64,000 nt of DNA from Ascidiella aspersa. Taxonomy: Eukaryota. The translations under genes and the position numbers were made by a program. The stretch lies in assembly GCA_963924565.1 (NCBI GenBank), contig OZ004613.1:24800001-24864000 (forward strand). The letters run 5' to 3'. The notes beneath the pieces were generated by a model. That model was given only the letters and a program-made list of their open reading frames with translations, searched no databases and was not told where the DNA came from. Shown here one piece after another: positions 38,696 through 51,047 of the stretch. Positions within the stretch are counted from its first letter, which is position 1, and each line of letters starts with the position of its first letter.

Positions 38696-40574
38696 AGTTG
38701 TTTTTCTAGTCTGCTCTGCTTGCATCATTGATCGACAGATTCGGTGAGTCTGCAATGGCTTTTCGGTGTAAGGTTTAAAGTTTTATCAAAATTTAGTTTT
38801 AAATTGCATTTGACAACATCTCAACAGCAGTTTATCTTTATTTAAAAAATAAGTTGCGAGCCGGATTAATTGAGTTTGGTGACACCTGCCTTAGGTTAGT
38901 TATTCTCACACTGTGAGCCGCGGCACTATGGTGCGCTCTATAAGACTCTTAAATGTGCCGCGATTTGGTAATATTGGACAATATAGTTTTGCATTTACAG
39001 AACATACAAGACCCAAAACGAACACGCTGCCCAGTGATGACGTGTAACTTAGCAGTCTAATACAGCGCTCCGCGATCTTTTTCCACTTGCGGCACAACAG
39101 AGCTAAAACAATTCGGCGACCACCTTCTAAATATATATTTCGAACGACATCAGGCATCAGCAAATATCCTATTGACAGTCATGAGAAAACAAGGATTGAT
39201 TTCGGATGAAACGCGCTAAAGGCGCACAAAGTTTTACGTAGTACATTCCTTTGTCTTGTGATTTTGCGTTTTTTATGACTTCTAAAATTTCTTCTTTGTT
39301 TAGTCAAAGTCCCACTTGCCATAGCTCATTAGAAAACAGAGGGATTTTGATTAACATTCGAAAAATGAAACCTGTCGTTGGTGTTTTTATTTTTTTGCCC
39401 AATTTATTTTTCAAAACAGCTAACTGCAATCACAAAACGCCAATAATATATTTACAATGATTTTTTAAGGGTCTTAAGCGCATGGTTGATCTCTGTTTCC
39501 ACTTTAGTGTCTTGGTTTGAAAACAATTTTAATTATTGCATGTTTATACTGGTAGTTAAGTCAGAATATTATGGAAAGTTTATAAAAAAAACTTATGGAT
39601 TATTAAAGATATACATTTTTCGCGTCTCTATTGATTATTAAAGTTACCCTTAAAAACTAAGTAGCACACCTCTGGCGCGTCGCGGCACACCGGTTTGCTG
39701 AGCATTGCTCTAAGTCTAATATATTGCAAGTTGTGTTATTTTGTTAACCTTTTCACGACAGATTGCACTTGTAGACCGTTTACAAATCATTTTGATTTAA
39801 AAATCGTTAAAAAGAAACGATTGCTGGTGTTTGACAAAATGAAACACCCAAGCATTCTCAAGCAGCCCGAGCTGTTCACTTGGTAAAAGCTGTAACGTGC
39901 TTAGTACGCTTACCAACGTGCTTAGTACGCTTACCCATCCTATAAATAATTTTTGTCTGTACTGTCAAACGTATATCTAAACCTACAATGTCAATCTCAC
40001 ATAAAGCTAAAACCTTACTTGATTACTAAGCACAAACTACAACACTTCTTAACTTCGTTCTTTAAGCTACAATGCACTTGAAAAAACACAATCAACTGTT
40101 ATTACGTAATATAATGTATTGTTGTTATAATCTGGTCAAAGAAGTTCGTGATATGAATAAATGAAGTTTTCACTCATCCGTCAAAGTAAAAGAATTGCAC
40201 TTTTAAAAGCTAAAATAAGACAAAATAAGCACAAATCTTAGAAACAAGCATGGTATGGTAACCTGTCTATTTTAAACGGTAGTGTAACCTGTCTAGACTA
40301 GATCAAACGTTTAGTTTTACGCATGTTATTAAATTAACGGTTAATCAACAAGGGTTGCATTTGCATCTAAGATTTTTTGGCATAAAATAGCTTAATTAAA
40401 TTTAAAAAGGAAAACGCAGACAACTTTATGCTAAAAACTAGTAATTTAAAATATGTGGTAATCAGGCATTTTATAAACATAATTTGGACTTTTTACAACA
40501 GTTAACACTATAAGAATGTTATTGTCACATCTTAATGAGATATTGGGTGCTGCTTTAGTGTTTTAGGCTTAAAG

Positions 40575-41086
40575 CATGGAGTCGAACTGGAAGTTTATGA
40601 ACAGGTTTAGGTTTAATGTTGACCGAACCGTAACCAAACCTGAATCATTTTTTGTAAGATTTTAAGGAGCCGAACCGGAACTGAACCTAATAATTTGAAA
40701 GAACCTTAACCGAACCCGAACCGGTAAACGAAATCGGTTCACTCCAGCATGATGTCACAACTTGTATTTTACAGAGTCAAGTTGCGCCATGTTTTATATT
40801 TTATGTTTTTTAATACGTCACGTAACTTAGATTAAATGACTTACGACTGAAATATTAAACTCGTCTACATTTATTAACCCACACTTTTAGATTTAACGCA
40901 ACTTGTATTGTATCCGAACCGGAACTATATGAACATGAACCGATTTTGAAGTAACAACGGTCAAACCGGAGCTGAACCGAATCTTTGAAACTGCTCGAAA
41001 CCGAAACCGGATCTGAACCGGATTCCGAAAAAATCCATCAACCCAAACCCTACCTGAGCCGGAAAAATGAACGGTTCGACTCCCTG
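40575..41086. mobile_element. hAT MITE, same family as 28339-28926
   Basis: Collinear homology; TSD GCTTAAAG/GCTTGAAG. Confidence 0.85.
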
Positions 41087-43639
41087 GCTTGAAGATGGGT
41101 TATGGTCCGGTGATTATTTAAAATTGGCCAAAAGCATTACATGCTGCAAGTGTCTATCTCTAAGTTGTGTTCTACACTTGCTCTTGAAAAATTTTATTGA
41201 CGAAAACAACTGTTCGCATACATAAGTGCTGCTAAACATTGACGCCATCTTTTGTTATGATTTAAAGTTATTGCTTGAAATTAAGATATTGAAAGTCAAG
41301 CTATACCGCTAATACAGCTTCGGTGCTAATGACTTTGATTTGAATTCTGCGCACTGCAGCTCATAGCTCTGCACAGCAGCTAATTTTATGAAGAGTAAAG
41401 ACACAACACTCTTATGGAGGAGTTTTACTAGGAATCAGTTCTACAAACTCTTCGAAAACATGAATCTTTTTCCCTATTCTACACAAGAATACTGCCAACT
41501 AACTGTGGTTTTGCTGTGTAGACAGTTATTTATACGTGAGAAAAAACTAGGCTACACTATATGGATGATAAAAACCGGGGAACATACAATACGACCAACA
41601 AGGCAACAATATCTAAAGCAGAATAATCTATATATTAGATCACAATTCTACATAGCATTACGTAAACGACATGACAAAGCCAAAAACACAATAATATCCA
41701 GGACAGAATAAGATCTGAATTGTCTGAATAAGATCAAAATATGTTAGAGCACCTCCTAAATCGGAATATATACCGTAGCCTAAATGGGCAAAAAACGCCT
41801 AAAAGTAAGGGGAAATCATGACACGATGGGGGCCGCCGGTGGCCATTATTGTTCGTATTCCAAAAGGTTTAAGACTTATTCAGCTTTATACTTTATTACG
41901 ACTATAGGTCCTATTTTGGTCTTATTCCGAGCTGTGTTTTATTCCGATAAGACAAAGTATAATTTGCAGCCAAACATGTATTACGCCAAAATCGTCGATG
42001 TGGGTTTTGATTTGTTGACTTGAATTTAGCTACAGGCACCAATGAAAAATTGGCAAATGCGAAATTTTTTAAAAAACTGTGAACATGCAAAGGATTTTTA
42101 GCCAATTGTCTGGTCGCAGTTGTGCAGTTGCGCAGTTGCGCAGTTGCGCAGTTTAGAGGAAACTATGACCACAATGCCAGCTAACTTCACCAAATCGATA
42201 GTATAGTAAACAAACTTCCATTGCTTGTCAAAGCCTACATTTATTACGCACCACCTTGTGGAATTTTTGTTCGCAGTATTCAGTTGCACGTGGAAATTAG
42301 CTATTATTGCTTAACTGTAAGTATATATATTAAAATATTTAAAAACAACCGTTATGTTTTGCATTTCTATACCGGCCGCTTACAACATCTGAAACATAGC
42401 GATTTACATTTTGTCAACCTAATTAATGATTGCATATTAAACCAAATAGCCGCGATTTTTTCGCGCTATACGTACGTTAATTTTTTTTTGTCTTTTCTTC
42501 AAATCGGGTTCAGTTGCGAATTTGGGCACAACTTTCAAAGAGTAACAGGACTTTATCTTACTTGTTTTATAGCGTCATAAAGAATAACGTCATATTGCGT
42601 GTATTTAATGTTAGATCTTATTTTTGACCCGGCCTGCCACAATATTTTATGTTTCTTATGCTGCCCGCGGTAAAAAAATCATCGCCCACCCCTTGTTCTA
42701 ATGGAATGTTAACTAGAGGGGCGGGTACGTAAAATGGCATGGAACGCTGAATATGACAGTTCATATTACTTATCTTTTGAACGGAAAATCAAAACCTTTA
42801 AATCACTTGAGGTTGACATAATACAAATGTTTTTAACAGAGCAATATGTAAGCAACATATTTATACCAATATGGTTTATTAAAGATGACGCAAAACAATC
42901 TGTAGAATGGCACATACAAGGTGATAAAATAATGTCGGCACCTTTCGGAAGCAGAAAGCCAAAGCCACAAGAAATCACGTCTTAAACTGTAAAGGAGGTA
43001 GGCAAAAGACAAAGGTGGACTCGAATGTAACAGCGCTGATTCACAAATCTAAATCATTAGACGAAGTATAGCAGTAATGCCTTTCGTTCACTAACTCATC
43101 AGTCAGCAATACTACGTTGTACCCGAAAACTTTTGTTTCACAGGTCAACTTGGTGGTTGCAATGTCCACTTTGAAATCAGTAACACGTCAAATTCGGGAT
43201 GTACTACAGTACGTGGTGGGTTCAATGAGCCTACAAGAAAGCTCCAACCCCCATATCAACCCTAATCCATTGACTCTTCTACTCTCATACATTTTTATCT
43301 TTTTTTAGGGTATTTAGTCGAATGCCTTAGTTTGAAGTTATGTGCTTTATTTAAAATTTTATTATAAATTTGAACTCTTTTATCTCAAGTTTTGGACTTA
43401 AAACGATTAGATTGTTGCATGAGGTTTTTTGGTATTTTTAGTTAAAAATTGCTAATTTAGATGACAATTTTATTGGTTTAAAGTTTTATAATAATGATAT
43501 GTAAGTGGTTATAGGGGATGCCTTGCTTAATGACTTGACTGACTCGGGCAATTTGATTTGACTTTGACCAACCCGATTTAAAGCCTAAAGTCATCCTTAG
43601 GTAAACTGCTAAACCAACCAATGCCGTTAACTGTAACAT

Positions 43640-45460
43640 ATTACTAAATCAACCCCTAACCGAACCTTTAACCCTAAATGAACTAATAATATTAAAAAAC
43701 GAAAAACCTCAAACCACCCCTAGCTTAGCCCACAGTCTTTATCAATTTTAAATCAATCTATAACTAAACCTGAACACTCCTAACCCAACCACTGACAAAA
43801 CCCTGACCAAAGCATGAACTATTCCTTTACCTACCCTAAAATAATGTTTCTCAACCCAAACAGTAATATATAGTCTACTTTATCTCACCATTTAATCTAC
43901 CGTTAACCCGAGCAACTTCCTAAATCAAACATTTAGCCTATCCTTAATTGGATTACTCTATAAAACCCCAGCAAACTTTTAACCCTACCATTGCCTGAAA
44001 TTTAACTGCCCCCCTAACACAAACAGCTAACCTAATAAACCGAAAACCCAACCAAATTTCTTATTGGAAACCCTTATCTTAAAGTAACCCTACCTCAACC
44101 CGGCACCCATTGTTATCCCACCCAACCCCTTACTCTATCATTAAATAAATTCTGATCTTAATTACAAACTAATTTCTCAACCTATCCCTAACCTGAGCAT
44201 TAACAACTCACCTAATTTTTAAACCCTAACCGTAAGCCTTACAATTACCCTAACTAAACCCGATAGCGAAAACCTCTAACCTAATCATACACTAACTTAA
44301 ATTTAACAAATAACCTAATCATTTATCCTTAAATTTAACCCTTATGCAAAACCCTAAACTAACCTTAACTAAACCCGATAGCGAAATCCCTAACCTAATC
44401 ATACACTAACTTAAATTTAACAAATAACCTAATCATTTATCTTTAAATTTAACCCTTATGCAAAACCCTAAACTAACCTTAACTAAACCCGATAGCGAAA
44501 TCCCTAACCTAATCATACACTAACTTAAATTTAACAAATAACCTAATCATTTATCCTTAAATTTAACCCTTATGCAAAACCCTAAACTAACCTTAACTAA
44601 ACCCGATAGCGAAATCCCTAACCTAATCATACACTAACTTAAATTTAACAAATAACCTAATCATTTATCTTTAAATTTAACCCTTATGCAAAACCCTAAA
44701 CTAACCTTAACTAAACCCGATAGCGAAATCCCTAACCTAATCATACACTAACTTAAATTTAACAAATAACCTAATCATTTATCCTTAAATTTAACCCTTA
44801 TGCAAAACCCTAAACTAACCTTAACTAAACCCGATAGCGAAATCCCTAACCTAATCATACACTAACTTAAATTTAACAAATAACCTAATCATTTATCCTT
44901 AAATTTAACCCTTGTGCAAAACCCTAAACTAACCCTAACTAAACCCGATAGCAAAAGCCCTATAGTCAACCTCTAAGCTAACCTTATAAAAACCCTAAAC
45001 CTACCCATAAACAAATCTGATAGCGAAACCCTAACCTAAACCTTATGAAGACCCTAAACTAACCCCCTAACCTAATAATTAACCCCTAATCTAACCATAA
45101 TAAAAATCCTAAACTAACCTTAAATAAACCCGGTAGCGAAACCCCTAACTTAACACTTAACCCCTTACCTACCCCCCTAACCTAATAATTAACCCCTAAT
45201 CTAACCCTTACGAAAACCCTAAACTAAACCTAACTAAACCCTTGAGCGAATACCCTAACCTAATAATAAAGCCCTAACATACCCCCCTAACCTAACCCCC
45301 TAACCTAACCCTTATGAAAACCCTAAACTAACCCTAACTAAACCCTTGAGCGAATACCCTAACCTAATAATAAAGCCCTAACATACCCCCCTAACCTAAC
45401 CCCCCTAACCTAACCCTTATGAAAACCCTAAACTAACCCTAACTAAACCCCTAACCTAGT
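43640..45460 (+). repeat. CCCTAA-rich minisatellite (114-bp unit, about 6 copies)
   Basis: Unit recurs at 44362, 44476, 44590, 44704, 44818. Confidence 0.9.
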
Positions 45461-45464
45461 CCTA

Positions 45465-48001
45465 AAACTAAACTTTATTCACCAAATTGATATAGTAACC
45501 ATGCAATTGCAACGGCCACTCACTGACAAACAGCCCCAACTCCACCACTCACCACAGTCGACATTGCGCGACAGTTAAAGCTACGAATGTAATAAACCTG
45601 CCGCAGCACCAAACCTCAAACATCCACTTGCCGGCCCCTCTCCAGATTTCACAGCACGTCGAACGGATCAGCTACCTGACGAATGGCATGGTAACAAGGC
45701 GTCGGCATTGCATCTTCGGGAAATAGTCTGACAAAGCTCTTTGGCAAATAAAAAAGCAACATTTCCGGCGGAAGCGACATATCTGGCGAACAGAGCAGCA
45801 AGACGATGGAACAAATCTTGAGGGTTTAAGCAAAATATCTCGTTGAACAGCTTACTGGCAAACAGCATGGCAAAATGCCAAATGGTGCAGTGACTTGGAA
45901 AACAGAATCACGACATGGCAAATTTAAATTAAGCATTTGCTGTTTTTGGAAAATGCCAAATGTTATATCATAGCTATAAGGTAAATGGACAACAAGTTGC
46001 AGGGCGACGGAGTCGGAGTCGGGCTTGGGACTTCAGTAAAACTATGTATGGCAAGTCCCAAGGCCACAAACTGAAATTGTACAGGTGAAAAAAAAGATAC
46101 TGGAATATTTTTCAACCACGTTTTGTAGGTTGATTATAGATACGCTATTTTAGACACGTAAATCGGCGAAAAACAGGCTGTACAGGCGCAGCCGGACGCG
46201 GTGTCCGATGGATTTGATCAATTTGGATAAAGTCGGACAGGAATTGTTTTGTTCGACTCCGCAGTCCTGACAAGTTGTTAAATGATAAAGCTATTTTAAT
46301 AAACAGTAAAAATGGCGAAGTTCTGACAAGTAATTTCAAAACGACTGAAACTCAAGTTATTTGCAAAACTCGCTTTTTTGAGTTTTTTTTATAAAACATG
46401 ACCTTGTCATTCCCCAAAGAAATGGAATAAAATTTTGAAGTAAGTCGCAGTTAGGTAAATAAACACGAAAGACGAATCAAATGGCAAGCAAATTTTTCTG
46501 CGTGTAAACGTTGAGCTATAGCACAATTTCAAGAAAATATAGATTCAATTAAAATATTTATTTTGATGTTGAATCTGCAAATTTATTGCCGGAAATTTGT
46601 TTTCGGTCATTTGGTGATTTAGGAGTGCATGCTTTTTTAATAATTGTTTTTGATTTGGTGATATGTGGATGATTTTTAGGGGTTTAGGGGTCTGCGCCTT
46701 TTGGATCTTTCAATTGGGGAAAAACCTAATATTTAGTATTATTATTACGTTTGGGATCGTGACCAAGGTTTAAGTCTTTATTTTGGAAAGTCGTACATCT
46801 AGTTTTATTAAAAATTTACGTATAATGGCCTCGTAGGCCTTTTGATATAGTTGGCAAACATATTTTTTGGGGGAAGGTTAGGCGAATTTTCTGGTGGTGA
46901 AGTTGCAGGGCTTAGTGGTGATTTGGTATAGAGGCTGTTAACACTTGTTAAAAAAAATGATTTTTGGAGATAAAGAATATTTTTGTGGCATGGCAAGCAT
47001 AGGATTGGGTTAGGGGAGGAAATAATATGGAAAATATAATTTAATCTTTGAGAACATAAATTGGGAAATTTTATTGCAAGATTTACGGGCTTTTTATATC
47101 AATAATAATTTAAATATTTAACAGACATTTATTAGAGTATGGATCCTTAATGTGACACCTGAGCAGGTTTTTGAAGATTTTGGGAATAAATGTAGGGTTT
47201 TTGGCGGAGGGTGAAAATCAAATATTGAAATATACACTACATTATAATTTGGATAGTATGAGACAGGATTGAATTGGTGAGGAATATATTGTGGGATATA
47301 AATTTGTCAGTTTATTGTGGTAAGAAAATCATAATTAACATAGAAAATCGCTGTCCATTTGATTTGTCGCTCTGTAAATTTGATAAAAAAGTTCAATTCT
47401 GCTTCGCTCGTTGCCAAAATCCAAAATTTTGTTTTTCTTTCGCCATTTTCCTATATGGTAAAAATAATTTGTCCGACATTACAAAAATTTACTTCCATGT
47501 TATTCTGTAAGTCAATTTACCAAGCAGCTATCATATGTTAAAATGCTAGTTTACTATGGCGTCATTCCATTAGTCAAGATACTGTGTCATTCGAAATGTC
47601 ACCATGTTGTTTGCCAATTAGCAGTCTACTCGACATTTTACTCGAATCCTAAAGATTCTGTTCCATTCGCCATGTTGCTGCTTTGCTCGCCAGGTGAAGT
47701 CGCTCCCACTGGATTTGTTGCTTCTGTATTTGCCAATGTAGCTTTGCCCCCAAAGATGCAATACCGATCGCCTTGTAACCATGACAAACGACAAGCAGCT
47801 ATCCGTTCGATATGCTGTGAAAAAAGGAAAGGTGCCTTGACAAGCAGACGTTCGAGATCCAGTGCCCGCAGATCTAAAACAAACGCAGCCCTAACGCCAC
47901 GCAATATCTTCCATGGTTCGTGGCAAAGTTAGGACTGCTCGCCAGTTAATGACCGCTTTAATCGCACGATTACTGTCAATTTAATGAACAAAGTCTAGTT
48001 T
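45465..48001 (-). ncRNA. Candidate long-hairpin RNA, inner stem, copy B
   Basis: Near-identical to copy A; putative intron 47520-45974 keeps GTAAAT and TTATAG. Confidence 0.55.
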
Positions 48002-48009
48002 CTGGGTTG

Positions 48010-50010
48010 GATGACCCTAACCTAACACCCCCTCCCCATATCCCAAGCCCTAACCCTAAACCAACCCCTAATCAAACCCCGAGACTAATCCCCAACTTAA
48101 CCCTCAAACAAGCCCCTAACCTAACTTAACCTAAACCCTAACCCAACCTTTAACCCAACCCCTAACCCAACCCCTAACCCACCCCCTAACCCAACCCCTA
48201 ACCCACCCCCTAACCCACCCCTAACCCACCCCCTAACCAAACCCTTTACCCAACCTATAATACAACCCCTAAACAAACTTCTAACCCACCCCTAACCCAA
48301 CCCTTCACCCAACCCATAGTGCAACCCCTAACCCTCCCTCTAACCCACCCCTAATCCTAGTCTAAACCTAACCCATAATACAACCCCTAACCCAACTTTT
48401 AACCCACCCCTAATCCTAGTCTAAACCTAACCCATAGTACAACCCCTAACCCCACTTGTAACCCACCCCTAATCCTAGTCTAAATCTAACCCATAATAGA
48501 ACCCCCAACCCCACTTGTAACCCACCCCTAATCCTAGTCTAAACCTAACCCATAATACAACCCCTAACCCCACTTGTAAACCACCCCTAATCCTAGTCTA
48601 AACCTAACCCATAATAGAACCCCCAACCCCACTTGTAACCCACCCCTAATCCTAGTCTAAACCTAACCCATAATAGAAACCCTAAGCCCACTTGTAACCC
48701 ACCCCTAATCCTAGTCTAAACCTAGCCCGTAATACAACCCCTAACCCCACTTGTAACCCACTCATAATCCTAGTCCAAACCTAACCCATAATAGAACCCC
48801 CAACCCCACTTGTAACCCACCCCTAATCCTAGTCTAAACCTAACCCATAATACAAGCCCTAACCCCACTTGTAACCCACCCCTAATCCTAGTCTAAACCT
48901 AACCCATAATACAACCCCTAACCCAACTTCTAACCCACCCCCAATCCTAGTCTAAACCTAACCCATAATACAACCCCTAACCCCACTTGTAACCCACCCA
49001 TAATCCTAGTCTAAACCTAACCCATAATAGAACCCTTAACCCAACTTCTAACCCACACTTAATCCTAGTCTGAACGAACCCGTAATACAACTCCTAACCC
49101 CACTTGTAACCCACCCCTAATCCTAGTTATAACCTAACCCATTTTACAACCCCTAACCCAACTTCTAACCCACAATTAATCCTAGTCTAAACGAACCCGT
49201 AATACAACCCCTAACCCCACTTGTAACCCTACCCTAATCCTAGTCTAAACCTAACCCGTAAAACAACCCTGAACCCCACTTCTATCTTACCCCCAATCCT
49301 AGTTATAACCTGACCCATTTTGCAACCCCTAACCCAACTTCTAACCCACAATTAATCCTAGTCTAAACGAACCCGTAATACAACCCCTAACCCCACTTGT
49401 AACCCTACCCTAATCCTAGTCTAAACCTAACCCGTAAAACAACCCTTAACCCCACTTCTATCTTACCCCTAATCCTAGTTATAACCTGACCCATTTTGCA
49501 ACCTTTAACCCAACTTCTAACCCACTATTAATAAAACCTAACCCATAACACAAATCCCTAACTTAATTTTACCCGTAATCTTTAACACAAACACAAACTG
49601 TATTTTAACCTTAACCCTTAACACAAACCCTAAATAAATTTTAATCCGTAAAACAAACTCAATTAAATTTAAACCTAACCCACACTACAACCCCCAACCC
49701 AACTTCTAACCCACACTTAATAAAACCTAACCCATAACACAAACCCCTAACTAAATTTTTACCTTGTAACCTTTAACATTAACCCTAACTAAATTTTACC
49801 TCTAACCCTTAACACAAACCCTAAATAAATTTAAATTTTTAAAACACAAACCCTAATTAAATTTAATTTAATCCTCAACACAAACCCTAACCAAATTTTA
49901 ACCTTGTAACCTCTAACACAAGCCCAACTAAATTTTAACCTTGTAACCTTTAACACATATTTATGAACTTTAAACCCTAACAAATTTTTTCCCCACAATA
50001 TTTCAAACCC
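48010..50010 (+). repeat. CCCTAA-rich minisatellite (~59-bp unit)
   Basis: Counterpart of 8390-10150 with more units. Confidence 0.9.
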
Positions 50011-51047
50011 AATCCAAATATAACCTCTAAAATTGACAATAAATTTCTGAGCTAAAGTCCAAGGTTTAGTGGTTGGTTTAGCAATTTGTATAGGGATGCT
50101 TATTGTTAATTAGCAAACCCAATGCCCAATTCAACCCATATATTTCAACCCTTATACCAGCCCACACTAAACAAAGTTCCCACATAACCACTAAACCATA
50201 TCAAAATGTACTTCTAACTCGTCCCTCCACTTCGAGCACTTCCATGGATCCCTTGGGGTACGTGGGCTAGTTTTAGGGCTCCAAGAAGGCCTACTCAATT
50301 TTTTAGGTTGTTTAATTTTTAAATGGACAATTTTTTTTTTAAAAAGAGTTTAATTAAAACAAAAGTTTTGGGCCTTCTCCTTATAATGTATTTAGACTTA
50401 ATTTAGGTTTGACATTTGTTGGACTGAGCCTACACCCTTCGTTCCCCATCATAATTCCGGACTAAGCTTTGGAAAACTCCGAATGCCAACCCCAGTAGCA
50501 CACAGTTTACCTTATCTCTCAAGTTAAAGTACGCCTTGAACCCACAGATATAGCAATCCATTTGAGGCTGGGTCCCCTGAAGCTGGATGAAAGGTTGCGA
50601 ACGAAAGGCAACGCTGCTATTTCTCTAATGATTTAGTCTGTTCATCAGCACTGTTACATTAGAATGCACCTTTGTCTTTGTGTACTTCCGATTACAGGCC
50701 AAAAGTGAAGTCTTGTCGGGGTTGCCTTTCTTATTCCCGACACAGCCTGCAAACATAGTCAGAATTACTAGCTTGTTTGCTAAAACATTTTTTGGGAATA
50801 ATGATTTAAAATGTTCGACAAAATCGTTAACCTTTATTGTGCATTGAAGTCGTGAAATTGTGCATACGTTACTAGAGGAAACTTTTTGTTTGTTTAATAT
50901 ATGACACTTTCGTCAAGCCTTAGGGGCCCGCCCGCAACTGTGTTGCGTTGGCCTTGGCTTGTTTGTTTAATGAACGACATACACCCAGTACACTATACAG
51001 CATTGGTTGGCATAATACTTTAACATACGTTTTGTAGTTTTTACCAT

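Larger units (their letters stand above)
42770..50830. repeat. Nested imperfect inverted repeat (fold-back), copy B
   Basis: Same arms as copy A, more complete at the left end (42770-43630 vs 50060-50830). Confidence 0.8.
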
